A stretch of DNA of 64,000 bases. Origin: Octopus sinensis (lineage: Eukaryota). The notes under the pieces were generated by a model. It saw only the letters and a program-made list of their open reading frames with translations, was not told where the DNA came from and did no database searches. The stretch lies in NCBI RefSeq assembly GCF_006345805.1, contig NC_043011.1, positions 1,426,001-1,490,000 on the forward strand, in the 5' to 3' direction. Shown one piece after another: positions 36,892-50,139 of the stretch (its first letter is position 1; each line of letters starts with the position of its first letter). Position numbers and translations under genes: made by a program.

Positions 36892-39800
36892 TACAAGGTA
36901 GTATCCCAAAGTTCTCAGACTAGTTCTGTAGCATGCATGCCAACAGATAGCAGCACATGGTTGCATGTGCAGTGAGAAGTAGCAGGTAGCAGTGACCTTC
37001 GTGAAGCAGTGTGCCAAGTGACATCTCTCTGTTTACTTCACAAGTTGTGGAATTTGTGTTTTTGTGATCACATGTATGCTGTGTTAAGCGATTTTGTCAT
37101 GGACAGGAACAAAGAGTTAATGTGAAATTTTGTGTTAAACTTAGGAAAACTGCTACAGAAGCATTGAGTATGCTTCGGCAAGCTTACAGCAATGAGGCAA
37201 TGAGTTGTACGCAATGTTTCAAAAGGCATGGGCATTTCAAAAGCAGAAGAGCATCCTTGGAAGATTATGAGTGATTTGGAAGACCTGCCACGAGTGTCAC
37301 CCCTGGAAATGGGATATTATGCATAGGGAATTCATCCTCCAGGGCCAAAGTGTCCCTGGAAGATTATGAGTGATTTGGAAGAACTGCCACGAGTGTCACC
37401 CCTGGAAATGGGATATTGTGCATAGATAATTCATCCTCCAGGGCCAAAGTGTCCTTGGAAGATTATGAGTGATTTGGAAGACCTGCCACGAGTGTAACCC
37501 CCTGGAAGTGGGATATTGTGCATAGGGAATTCATCCTTCAGGGCCAAAGTGTCCCTGGAAGATTATGAGTGATCTGGAAGACCTGCAACGAGTACCACTC
37601 CTGGAAATGGGATATTGTGCATAGAGAATTCATCCTCCAGGGCCAAAGTGTCCTTGGAAGATTATGAGTGATTTGGAAGACCTGCCATGAGTGTCACCCC
37701 TGGAAATGGGATATTATGCATAGATAATTCATCCTCCAGGGCCAAAGTGTCCCTGGAAGATTATGAGTGATTTGGAAGACATGCCATGAGTGTCACCCTT
37801 GGAAATGGGATATTATGCATAGATAATTCATCCTCCAGGGCCAAAGTGTCCCTGGAAGATTATGAGTGATTTGGAAGACATGCCATGAGTGTCACCCCTG
37901 GAAATGGGATATTATGCATAGATAATTCATCCTCCAGGGCCAAAGTGTCCCTGGAAGATTATGAGTGATTTGGAAGACATGCCATGAGTGTCACCCCTGG
38001 AAATGGGATATTATGCATAGAGAATTCATCCTCCAGGGCCAAAGTGTCCCTGGAAGATTATGAGTGATTTGGAAGACATGCCATGAGTGTCACCCCTGGA
38101 AATGGGATATTATGCATAGAGAATTCATCCTCCAGGGCTAAAGTGTCCCTGGAAGATTATGAGTGATTTGGAAGAACTGCCACGAGTGTCACCCCTGGAA
38201 ATGGGATATTGTGCATAGGAAATTCATCCTCCAGGGCCAAAGTGTCCTTGGAAGATTATGAGTGATTTGGAAGACCTGCCACGAGTGTAACCCCCTGGAA
38301 GTGGGATATTGTGCATAGGGAATTCATCCTTCAGGGCCAAAGTGTCCCTGGAAGATTATGAGTGATCTGGAAGACCTGCAACGAGTACCACTCCTGGAAA
38401 TGGGATATTGTGCATAGAGAATTCATCCTCCAGGGCCAAAGTGTCCTTGGAAGATTATGAGTGATTTGGAAGACCTGCCATGAGTGTCACCCCTGGAAGT
38501 GGGATATTGTGCATAGATAATTCATCCTCCAGGGCCAAAGTGTCCCTGGAAGATTATGAGTGATTTGGAAGACATGCCATGAGTGTCACCCCTGGAAATG
38601 GGATATTATGCATAGATAATTCATCCTCCAGGGCCAAAGTGTCCCTGGAAGATTATGAGTGATTTGGAAGACATGCCATGAGTGTCACCCCTGGAAATGG
38701 GATATTATGCATAGATAATTCATCCTCCAGGGCCAAAGTGTCCCTGGAAGATTATGAGTGATTTGGAAGACATGCCATGAGTGTCACCCCTGGAAATGGG
38801 ATATTATGCATAGATAATTCATCCTCCAGGGCCAAAGTGTCCCTGGAAGATTATGAGTGATTTGGAAGACATGCCATGAGTGTCACCCCTGGAAATGGGA
38901 TATTATGCATAGATAATTCATCCTCCAGGGCCAAAGTGTCCCTGGAAGATTATGAGTGATTTGGAAGACATGCCATGAGTGTCACCCCTGGAAATGGGAT
39001 ATTATGCATAGAGAATTCATCCTCCAGGGCCAAAGTGTCCCTGGAAGATTATGAGTGATTTGGAAGACATGCCATGAGTGTCACCCCTGGAAATGGGATA
39101 TTATGCATAGAGAATTCATCCTCCAGGGCCAAAGTGTCCCTGGAAGATTATGAGTGATTTGGAAGACATGCCATGAGTGTCACCCCTGGAAATGGGATAT
39201 TATGCATAGATAATTCATCCTCCAGGGCCAAAGTGTCCCTGGAAGATTATGAGTGATTTGGAAGACATGCCATGAGTGTCACCCCTGGAAATGGGATATT
39301 ATGCATAGAGAATTCATCCTCCAGGGCCAAAGTGTCCCTGGAAGATTATGAGTGATTTGGAAGACCTGCCACGAGTGTCACCCCTGGAAATGGGATATTA
39401 TGCATAGATAATTCATCCTCCAGGGCCAAAGTGTCCCTGGAAGATTATGAGTGATTTGGAAGACATGCCATGAGTGTCACCCCTGAAATGGGATATTGTG
39501 CATAGATAATTCATCCTCCAGGGCCAAAGTGTCCCTGAAAGATTATGAGTGATTTGGAAGACATGCCATGAGTGTCACCCCTGGAAATGGGATATTATGC
39601 ATAGATAATTCATCCTCCAGGGCCAAAGTGTCCCTGGAAGATTATGAGTGATTTGGAAGACATGCCATGAGTGTCACCCCTGGAAATGGGATATTATGCA
39701 TAGATAATTCATCCTCCAGGCCAAAGTGTCCCTGGAAGATTATGAGTGATTTGGAAGACCTGCCACGAGTGTCACCCCTGGAAATGGGATATTATGCATA

Positions 39801-40984
39801 GATAATTCATCCTCCAGGGCCAAAGTGTCCCTGGAAGATTATGAGTGATTTGGAAGACATGCCATGAGTGTCACCCCTGGAAATGGGATATTGTGCATAG
39901 ATAATTCATCCTCCAGGGCCAAAGTGTCCCTGGAAGATTATGAGTGATTTGGAAGACATGCCATGAGTGTCACCCCTGGAAATGGGATATTATGCATAGA
40001 TAATTCATCCTCCAGGGCCAAAGTGTCCCTGGAAGATTATGAGTGATTTGGAAGACATGCCATGAGTGTCACCCCTGGAAATGGGATATTATGCATAGAT
40101 AATTCATCCTCCAGGGCCAAAGTGTCCCTGGAAGATTATGAGTGATTTGGAAGACATGCCATGAGTGTCACCCCTGGAAATGGGATATTGTGCATAGATA
40201 ATTCATCCTCCAGGGCCAAAGTGTCCCTGGAAGATTATGAGTGATTTGGAAGACATGCCATGAGTGTCACCCCTGGAAATGGGATATTATGCATAGATAA
40301 TTCATCCTCCAGGGCCAAAGTGTCCCTGGAAGATTATGAGTGATTTGGAAGACATGCCATGAGTGTCACCCCTGGAAATGGGATATTATGCATAGATAAT
40401 TCATCCTCCAGGGCCAAAGTGTCCCTGGAAGATTATGAGTGATTTGGAAGACCTGCCACGAGTGTCACCCCTGGAAATGGGATATTATGCATAGAGAATT
40501 CATCCTCCAGGGCCAGATCCTCATTGAGAGTTCGACTCTGACGTTTTGAAGTGTTTGAGGGAGGAGGACATTTGGCAAAAGCAAAAGGGTCTGTGGAATG
40601 TGAAGAATTGGATTCTTCAAGATGACAAAGCACCCTCCTCACTCATGAGTCTCTCACCAAAAACACCATGGTATCACTTCTGTACCAACCCTATTCACCA
40701 GATTTAGCCCCTGTGGACTTCCATCTTTCCCCAAGATGAATATGCAGCTCAAAGGTCTCTGTCTTAACACTGTTGTTGAGATCCAGAGTGAATCGCAGAA
40801 GGTCCTCAACTTGCTTATAGGAAATGACTTCCAGGCTGATTCCAAAAGTAGTAGGGATGCTGGGACTGGTGTATCACTGTGAAAGATGACTATTTCGAAG
40901 GAGATGAAGTTAAAACTTAAGTAAATAAGTTATTTATTTTTATTAAGCATAACTAGTTTGGTAACTTTTTGATACCATCTCATA
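36892..40984 (+). mobile_element. Internally deleted mariner transposon carrying a minisatellite
   Basis: TA-bounded ~32-bp TIRs (36892-36925, 40951-40984); N-terminal QRVNVKFCVKLRKTATEALSMLRQAY; C-terminal WILQDDKAP..PYSPDLAPVDF..DYFEGD. Confidence 0.92.
37254..40515 (+). repeat. 99-bp minisatellite, about 33 copies, derived from mariner transposase sequence
   Basis: Unit tccctggaagattatgagtgatttggaagacatgccatgagtgtcacccctggaaatgggatattatgcatagataattcatcctccagggccaaagtg; stop codons in all six frames. Confidence 0.97.
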
Positions 40985-41644
40985 TTGCAATACATTTTAT
41001 CTGGTGTTCCTCTCTTTTAGCTCCCAAATTGACTCAAGTGGTGTCATCATAAAAGATTAATCATATCTTTGATCATAGTATAAAAGTTAGCTAGTCTGTG
41101 GCAGGTACTTACTTTCTCTAACTCAAGTAAAATTCATAAACCATAACAGGTAGAATGTGGTTAGCTGAATAATGTTAGATGTATGCCTTCCAGTATTAGA
41201 CCGATAGTTAAAAGCTTATTGTATGTCTGTAGCTATTTTCTCTGATCGAACATAATTCATTTACATAACATTAATATAAAAACTTCATACACAAATATGT
41301 TTTTGAGAAAAATGCAATGCTGTTATTTCTAAGAAGATAATATACATTTTCATTGTAATATATTCCAAAAATGCAGTGTTCAAAATTTTTACCATAATGG
41401 TCTTTCGTTTTTTAGCTATTGTACTTTATCTGATTGTTTTCATAATCCTGAATATCTATTTCCTCACTTTGAGAATTTAAACTTGAGAGCTCCAAGTATG
41501 CATTTTTTATCAATAAGCAAAGGATTGAAGGTTCATATTCCTTCACCAGTACTATACAAATTTCAAAGTTAAGTTAGTTTCTACTTCTCACTGACACAAT
41601 GTACATAGCTGCAGCCTGCTACAAATAGCACTGACACAACTTAC

Positions 41645-41695
41645 CATTGTGGGCAACAGGAGAATGGAATGATTGAAAAATGATGTTAAATTCAA
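41645..41695 (-). CDS. Candidate 51-nt symmetric exon (EFNIIFQSFHSPVAHN in phase 1)
   Basis: Long polypyrimidine acceptor ttctttctcttttgactttgtatcaAG, donor AATG|gtaagt. Confidence 0.35.
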
Positions 41696-42435
41696 CTTGA
41701 TACAAAGTCAAAAGAGAAAGAATTCCACAGGAAATCGTTTAGTTCCTTCATCTCAAGTTATCTTTCATCTTCAAATATGAGAAGTAATTTATGAGTCAGT
41801 AGAACTGGCTCAGATGTACATCTAGACTTCTGGAATTTGTAAGATAAATATGTATTGTAACGTATTTCTCTTGTAAGAGTGATAAACAACAGTCAGCTGA
41901 GAAATAAATAATTTAGCAGTATCTGTAGTATTCAGTTACATTCTTTTACATCTTGGGTCCAAATCCCACTACAATCAACTTTGTGTTATTTTTCTGATAT
42001 CCATAAAATGAGAAACTGTCAAGTGTTGACCTAATCGAATATAGCCTTCCTAGCAAATTGTGTTTTTGTGCTTATGTTAGAAATCATTCTGCATCATTCT
42101 GTATCAACTAATGTCATGGTTCTTCAACCTTTTCTCAAACAATTTTGGATGCTTTGCTGAAAGATTATGAGAGTTGTCTTTTCTTCAACATTTTGTGCTG
42201 AAGGAAAAAAAAAATGAGATACCTTGTTCTTATGCTAGAAATCAGTGTTTAATATGTAAACGTTCATGGGTCTTGTATCTTAAATTACAATAAACTTGAT
42301 TTCTAAACTGTTGCAAATATTTAAAAATATTAACTATTAAAAAATACGATATTTTTGTTGTTAAATGAAAACATTTTGGCTAACAAAAATTATTATAGAA
42401 AACAAATATTTTGATAATTCCATTTAGGTTCTTAC

Positions 42436-42446
42436 TTGCTTTCTGT
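42436..42446 (-). CDS. Candidate 11-nt microexon ACAGAAAGCAA
   Basis: taatttcttttAG|ACAGAAAGCAA|gtaaga. Confidence 0.3.
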
Positions 42447-43760
42447 CTAAAAGAAATTATATTTAACTGCATGTGCAATACCATATACTTGTATAGTTTA
42501 GCCATGCGTTATTAAAAGCATGGCAAATTAAATATGGAAATTATTTAAAAACAAAACTACAAGTTATAGTTTGTGCCATCTATTCAACCAATATTCATGA
42601 ACAGATTGTGTAGGAATTATAAAAATCAATAATTTTTTCTATCATACTTGAAACAAACTTTATGCTTTAATATGTTTGTTTGGGGAGTTAAATGTATTGA
42701 TTTTAAATAATGTAATTAATTTAATGATAATGTCATACTTAAACATTTTTAATGACTTTACATCCAATATTAAACCTTGTCACTGGCCATATTACAAAAT
42801 AAAAACGTAAAAGACTTAATGAATTTTTGCATTTTCATAGCATTTTTTTATTTAAAATTTTTTAAACGTATTATTCATATGTGAACAGCATATTATCTCT
42901 AGCACTTTCATACAGAAACCGCAGTCATCATAATTTTCCTCAACTTCATTATCTCTTTTTCTTGATATTTTACATTAAATTTATGTTCTTCTCTTACTTG
43001 TTCCCACATTCTCTCTCTTACTTTCTTTTTTCCTACTTTTGTTCTTGGAGCTTATCATCTTCTGTAAAAAAATTGCTAAATTTCAAAATCCAAAACTGTG
43101 ACAAAATTATAACAATAAAGAACTATAACAATAAAGAAATGTAGGGAAATCCAAATACATAGATGTTCACAAAGTTATCAAATTGTTCATATGAATTGAA
43201 AAGGCAGATGCATGAGTCACATTTTTTAGTTGTTTTTAATCAATGTGCATATGCAAAGAAAATATGTAACGAATACACACAAATAAAGGATGCATAGAGA
43301 TTGCACATATAATTGTTTAACCGTTTGTTTTAAGAATTATTTAAGTATGGGTTAACACACAGTGAAGGGTCTACAGAAAAATCATTAGCAATTAATTAAC
43401 AACTTATTTAACAATTCTTTGGAAATTATTTGTGAATGAGTTGACAATCAGATAGAATTTGTTGTAATAATTAGAGCAGAATTTGCATTATAGAATTTCC
43501 AGCAATAGAATGAAAATGCAATAATTATCATTGAAGACATTGCAAAAATTAGTAATTTATGTAAAAAATTAGAAATGCATGAATGCATAGGTTCTTAAGT
43601 AGATGAATGAATATACAATAACTCAATATAATATGAATTAAATATCACGATTATGAAGACATATTATGTCTCTGTGTTATGATGGTTGTGATATGAATAA
43701 TGATTGAAGCATCTGGGGTTTTATTAACATAAAGTTTGGGGACGTACATACATATGGGTA

Positions 43761-43925
43761 GGCGTAGGAGTGGCTGTGTGGTAAGTAGCTTGCTTACCAA
43801 CCACATGGTTCTGGGTTCAGTCCCACTGCGTGGCACCTTGGGCTAGTGTCTTCTACTATAGCCTCGGGCCGACCAAAGCCTTGTGAGTGGATTTGGTAGA
43901 TGGAAACTGAAAGAAGCCCGTCGTA

Positions 43926-43978
<53 letters not shown>

Positions 43979-44193
43979 ATGTTTGTGTTTGTGTGTTCGT
44001 CCCCCCAATATCACTTGACAACCGATGTTGGTGTGTTTACGTCCCCCGTAACTTAGCGGTTCGGCAAAAGAGACCGATAGAATAAGTACTAGGCTTACAA
44101 AGAATAAGTCCTGGGGTCGATTTGCTCGACTAAAGGCAGTGCTCCAGCATGGCCACAGTCAAATGACTGAAACAAATAAAAGAGTAAAAGAGT
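43761..44193 (+). mobile_element. Family A SINE
   Basis: Full head, hinge and tail. Confidence 0.92.
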
Positions 44194-44408
44194 ACAGGTA
44201 TATTGGGAGGAAATGTATGAAGAGGGGCATATGGGTTTAGAAAATGTGGTGTAGGGTGTATTTCACTGGCTGTGGTGAGCTCTGTAATTATTGGTGTAGA
44301 TTGTAGGGTTCAGGCTTCAGGCTGGAATATGTCAGCTTTGGGAGTTAAAACATGAGTATTGAATAAAGAGTAGAAGTTCTGAATGTTAAATGCATGTGTG
44401 AGTGTATT

Positions 44409-44439
<31 letters not shown>

Positions 44440-44863
44440 TTGTGTTTGTGTGTTCGTCCCCCCAATATCACTTGACAACCGATGTTGGTGTGTTTACGTC
44501 CCCCGTAACTTAGCGGTTCGGCAAAAGAGACCGATAGAATAAGTACTAGGCTTACAAAGAATAAGTCCTGGGGTCGATTTGCTCGACTAAAGGCAGTGCT
44601 CCAGCATGGCCACAGTCAAATGACTGAAACAAATAAAAGAGTAAAAGAGTACAGGTATATTGGGAGGAAATGTATGAAGAGGGGCATATGGGTTTAGAAA
44701 ATGTGGTGTAGGGTGTATTTCACTGGCTGTGGTGAGCTCTGTAATTATTGGTGTAGATTGTAGGGTTCAGGCTTCAGGCTGGAATATGTCAGCTTTGGGA
44801 GTTAAAACATGAGTATTGAATAAAGAGTAGAAGTTCTGAATGTTAAATGCATGTGTGAGTGTA

Positions 44864-44894
<31 letters not shown>
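43981..44894 (+). repeat. 457-bp tandem duplication (SINE tail plus unique flank) between (TG)n tracts
   Basis: gtttgtgtttgtgtgttcgtcc at 43981 and 44438; no differences seen outside the microsatellite. Confidence 0.95.
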
Positions 44895-44898
<4 letters not shown>

Positions 44899-44920
44899 AC
44901 ACAAACCATATTCTCATACA

Positions 44921-45155
44921 AGAAGGCGGCGAGCTGGCAGAAACGTTAGCATGCTGGGCGAAATGCCTTGCCGTATTTCGTCTGCCGTTACGTTCCGAGT
45001 TCAAATTCCGCCGAGGTCGACTTTGCCTTTCATCCTTCTGGGGTCGATAAATTAAGTACCAGTTACGCACTGGGGTCGATGTAATCGACTTAATCTGTTT
45101 GTCTGTCCTTGTTTGTCTCCTCTGTGTTTAGCCCCTTGTGGGTAGTAAAGAAATA
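44921..45155 (+). mobile_element. Family B SINE with 14-bp TSD
   Basis: TSD catattctcataca at 44907-44920 and 45156-45169. Confidence 0.95.
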
Positions 45156-45855
45156 CATATTCTCATACATTGCATGCTGTAAAAAGAGCCACTGTCGATA
45201 TCCTGACATGACTAAAATTTCATTTTCTAAAACATCAGTTTACCAAAATAAAATTGGATTTCTATGTTATCTTTAGTACAATTGAAAAGTTCTTCATAGC
45301 AAGTTTTATTGCGAAATTCTATTCTTGAAACATTAGTTTCAACACAAGTTCAAACCAGTCTATATCTATAAATGTCATCACCATTTCTCAATGAATATTT
45401 TCCACACTTTTAACACAAATTCAAAAATCATCCTGAAATTTTGAAATAATGCATGAAGATAAAAAAAAAAAGGGCAGGTTGGGTGTCTCTGGGGCAAAAC
45501 AGGAAGGATTTAGAGAAAGCGATGTTGAAAGTGTGATAGTTGTTATGGAGTAGTAAGTTTTCCCTTCTCTCTCTATCTCACTCTAATTCTTTCACTTACA
45601 AAACACATACACATACAATTTCTTAGATGTCACATTACATACAGGAATGCATTAATTATTACCATTTTTCATTTAAAATAATATTGTCCAAAAATTAATA
45701 TCAGGTTTGAAAATACTATAGAAGGAAGAAGGTAATTAATTCTTAAACTATTTAACATTTAAATTAGTCTATATTTATAAAATATTCAAATATGCTCAAT
45801 GACACAAACTGTTAATTTTGATAAGGGTTGAAATATATATGTGTGTGTGTGTGTG

Positions 45856-45891
<36 letters not shown>

Positions 45892-45977
45892 TATATATAT
45901 TGTTGTGTCTAACACACTCCCAGTATGTATATATATATTGTTGTGTTTAACACACTCCCAGTCAAGTTTCCACTCAT

Positions 45978-46160
45978 TTTACTCTTTTAATTGTTTCAGT
46001 CATTTGATAGTGGCTTTGCTGGAGCACCACTTTTAGTCGAGCAAATCAACCCCAGGACTTATTCTTTGTAAGCCTAGTACTTATTCTATCGGTCACTTTT
46101 GCTGAACCGCTAAGTTACAGGGATGTAAACACACCAGCATCGGTTGTCAAGCAATGTTGA
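45978..46160 (-). mobile_element. Family A SINE tail only
   Basis: ttttactcttttaattgtttcagtcatttga...gcatcggttgtcaagcaatg. Confidence 0.85.
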
Positions 46161-46603
46161 ACAAACGTACACACATACATATATGCCTACACACACATGC
46201 ATGCACACACACACTCATACATACATATATACATACATACATGCATATGATTTGCATATGTTTAAATTGAAAAGTTGGAAAACAAGGACAATCGGGCATC
46301 TCTCCTTTCACTCTACAGAAAAGCCATTCTCAATATTTTTGTCTTCATGGCATACTGGAGATCAGTCAAAGAGCTGTTGGTGCTCTTGGCATCGCAATTT
46401 TAAAAAATTACTAATATTCTTTGTATGAAGACTTAAGCAAACTGATTTAAAATGTTTAAATTCAGAAAACAACTAGAGAGAGAGCTATTTTATTTATTTA
46501 GAAAAATCTCAATAAGAGATTTTATTTATCATAATGGTGTATTAATAGATTATGAATAACTTTCTTTTTGAAGATGCTCAAATGCTAATATTAGTCTTTT
46601 ACT

Positions 46604-46979
46604 ATTTTACTTGTTTCAGTCCATGCTGGAGCACCGCCTTTAATCGAGCAACTCGACCCCAGGACTTATTCTTTTGTAAGCCCAGTACTTATTCTATCGG
46701 TCTCCTTTGCCGAACCTCTAAGTAACGGGGACATAAACACACCAGCATCGGTTGTCAAGCAATGCTAGGGGGACAAACACAGACACACACATGCATACAT
46801 ATATATACATATATACGACGGACTTCTTTCAGTTTCCGTCTACCAAATCCACTCACAAGGCTTTGGTCAGCCCGAGGCTATAGTAGAAGACACTTGCCCA
46901 AGGTGCTACACAGTGAGACTGAACCCGGAACCATGTAGTTGGTAAACAAGCTACTTACTACACAGCCACGCCTGCACCT
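46604..46979 (-). mobile_element. Family A SINE
   Basis: Head, hinge and tail with a small tail deletion. Confidence 0.9.
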
Positions 46980-47189
46980 ATTCTAACATTTAAAATATAT
47001 TTTCAAAAATATGCAATGCATCTAGGCATTCATTGCAATATACCAGTATGTTGTGCTGCACTTTTTGAAAACCCGTTGTATAAAGGCTTAAAATGGTTAA
47101 TGGTGAACAAAAGTAACATTCTTCGGTTGAATCTAGGCATTAACATTAAAAAAAAAAAAAAAATGAACCTCTGCAGAACAAATTCCAAA

Positions 47190-47915
47190 AATCTCTGACT
47201 TGCTTCTGCTACTAGTGCTGGGTTGGAGCGAGGTCATTGCCAATTCAACTCTATGCACATGGGTGTACTTTCAGCATGGCCTGTCTCAGATGATTCAACT
47301 GTGACTTGTTGAGTGTCCAAGTATTGTTGACTTGTAGAGTTAAGTAAAATAATTATTGTTGTTGCATGTTGGCTATCAAATAAATCCATCACAGGGTTCA
47401 ACCTGCTTCATTCTTTAGCCAGAAAGATCAAATGATTTTTCTCTGTCTTGTGGCCTGGAAACAAATTTGTTGTTTACTAATATTATCATCCAATCTCTGG
47501 TATTGTTTAAATATGTATGTGTGCCAATTGTGGCTGTTTTATAGATCAATTCAAGCTGGATGAGTCCTCTTTTACTTCATTTTCTTGGCAGGTAGAGACT
47601 GCTAAGATCTGCCGTAGGGTGGTGCATTTTATTGGTGGTGAGAAGCTGTCTTGTTTTTCCTCAATTCTCTGAATGTCACATAGGTTCCAGTTGACGACAT
47701 TGAAATCTTATTGCACTGCAGGTGTTGATAGCTTCACTATGATTTTATTTTTCTTCATTTTAGTATGTTGGGTTCTGTCACTCTGGTTTAAGTACCCTCC
47801 AGACCCCATTCTCGTACAGTGGTGATTTTGAGGATTGATGTTGTAGTACACTTTTTCCTTTTTGAAAGTTGTTTTTAAACACTTATCAAGTCCAAATTTT
47901 ATTCTCATATCTTTT
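47190..47915 (-). mobile_element. Decayed R4/Dong-type non-LTR retrotransposon, RT C-terminal region
   Basis: IKFGLDKCLKTTFKK, AINTCS, KMHHPTADLSSLYLPR, RGLIQLEL. Confidence 0.75.
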
Positions 47916-47921
47916 CTACTC

Positions 47922-48112
47922 TAGGCACAAGGCCCAAAATTTTGGGGGAGGGGTCCAGTTGATTAGATCAACCATGGTATGGAACTGGTACTAAATTTAT
48001 CGACACTGAAAGGATGAAAGGCAAAGTTGACCTTGGTGGAATTTGAACTCAGAACGTAAAGACAGATGAAATACTGCTAAGCATTTCACCCAGCATGCTA
48101 ACATTTATGCAA
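47922..48112 (-). mobile_element. Diverged family B SINE
   Basis: ggtactaaatttatcgac..aaaggatgaaaggcaaagttgacc..gaatttgaactcagaacg. Confidence 0.8.
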
Positions 48113-48504
48113 GCTCTGTATTATTGCTAAACTGCTTCACCATTGTTAAAAGTCCTTCTAACTCCTGTTCATTCTAAGTATGTATTGAGTCATCTCATAA
48201 ATAATGTGCTTTTTCAATTGCATGAACTAAATGTCAGAGGGCAGTGGTGGATGCAGGGGTGTTGCCCTAGTTGCCCAGACAACTAAGGTAACACCCTTTC
48301 TAGCCAAGCTGTTGTAAATATAATAACATCGCTATTATATTTACAGCAGTTTCACAGTATTACTGTTTCATATGCATACGGTCAGCAAAGTTAGAATACA
48401 TAAGAAAGTGTCCATTTGTTATGAATTGTGATTCCCACCTTATAAAGTATTTTTTCCAAGCTTTTATGCAACACCTCCCAAAAAAATCCTGGATCCCCCC
48501 TTGA

Positions 48505-49345
48505 GGGGGATGGGATAAACTACCTGCATCAACTTGTGATAAAAGCAGATAATAAAATCCTTGTCCTTATTCTTAGTGCAAGTTTTGAAGAGTGCAGTTC
48601 GATTTTAACAGTTATTTTTTCAAAGCTGTAATGGAAGTGACAAAGGAGAATATTCAGCATATTTTGCCTTATGAGTTCAATAAAGGCAACAACACAACAG
48701 AAAGTGTGAGGAATATTGATGCAGTATATAGGGACTGGACAACGGTGGTTCCACAAATTCTGAACTGGAAACTACAGCTTAGGAGATGAACCTCATCCTG
48801 GAAGATCTGTAGAGCTCAACGAGAATGTCCGGCAGACCCTGATGGAACAAAATCTCATCGTAACTGTTGAGAAACTAGCAGAGAAGCTTGGATTTGGTCA
48901 TTCAACCATTCATCAACACCTGCACTAGAAGAAAAACGACCATCTTTTGTTTCAAGACGAAAGGTTTTCTTTCATCAGGATAATGCTTGGCCACATACAG
49001 CGAAGATGATATTTCGAAGGCAGAAGCAGTTTGAATGGCAAATGATGCCCCACCCACCATATTCACTGGACATTGCCCCATCTGATTATCATTTATTTTG
49101 CAGTCTTCAAAATCATTTGGACAGAAAAAATATGAATTCTGTAGACGAGACGAGAACAGTATTGGAGGAGTATTTTTCTTCATGAGCAAGTGAATTTTGG
49201 AAGAAAGGCCTTGCCAGTCTACCTGATAGATGGAAGAGCAGTGTAGAAAATGAAGAAGAGTAAATTTCAGATTTAAAAAAGTATTTTGTTTATCTAAATT
49301 TTGAAAAATAAAAAATCCATATTTTTTTTATAGGATGACCCAATA
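48505..49345 (+). mobile_element. Internally deleted mariner transposon
   Basis: MEVTKENIQHILPYEFNKGNNTTES, FHQDNAWPH, HPPYSLDIAPSDYHLF; 3' end ggatgacccaata. Confidence 0.88.
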
Positions 49346-49904
49346 GTTTCAGGTGAATCATAAAGATAAGTGATAGATTTTGCTGTCAGTTTTTGTGGTT
49401 TGTTAGTTCATATTTATATTTTGTATTTGTACCCTGTTATTTTTTTGCTAGAGAGTGGGACAAATGCCACACAAAATAAAAGAAAAAAAAAGAGTCAGTT
49501 TGCAAAATACCACAAGTTGTTCTGATTTTGATGTAACAATGGTTTAAGCAGAGATTGAAGAAAGGTAGGGCTTACAAAAGAAATCTTGTATATCTCTGAG
49601 GATTTCAATATCCACTTATGAGGAACAGTCAACAGCTTTTTGGTAATTAATTGATGCAATAAATAAGTACTTACTCTCTGTACAACAGTTTTCTAAAACC
49701 ATTTTATTAAGGATCAGTTAGTCTTTACATTCATAGGAGTTCTGTTTACTTCCCTTTTTGTTCTTGTGGAATGATGGTGTTTTCTTTAAAAAAGGGGGCT
49801 GGAGGATAGGATTTTTAAAAAAAAAGATGGAATTTTTGTAAGTCATGATAAACATGTAATAGGTCTATAGTTCTTTGGGTCTTTTGGTTGCTGGTGTTTT
49901 TAGG

Positions 49905-50135
49905 TGCGAGCTGGCAGAAACATTAGCACACCGGGCGAAATGCTTAGTGGTATTTCGTTTGCCGCTACGTTTTGAGTTCAAATTCTGCTGAGGTCGACTT
50001 TGCCTTTCATCCTTTCGGGGTCGATAAATTAAGTACCAGTTACGCACTGGGGTCGATGTAATCGACTTAATCCGTTTGTCTGTCCTTGTTTGTCCCCTCT
50101 GTGTTTAGCCCCTTGTGGGTAGTAAAGAAATAGGT
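49905..50135 (+). mobile_element. Family B SINE
   Basis: Near full length. Confidence 0.92.
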
Positions 50136-50139
50136 ATAG

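Noticed and set aside
37254-40515. 99-bp array as a CRISPR array or a repetitive protein (33 codons per unit)
   Set aside because: Units are contiguous with no unique spacers, there are no cas genes, every frame has a stop in each unit, and the sequence is mariner-derived
41109-41160. Minus-strand segment with strong acceptor and gtaagt donor
   Set aside because: Stops in all three frames; such site pairs arise by chance in AT-rich introns
42914-43061. K/E-rich minus-strand exon candidate (..MWEQVREEHKFNVKYQEKEIMKLRKIMMTAVS)
   Set aside because: From the good acceptor all three frames hit stops unless an A-run indel is assumed
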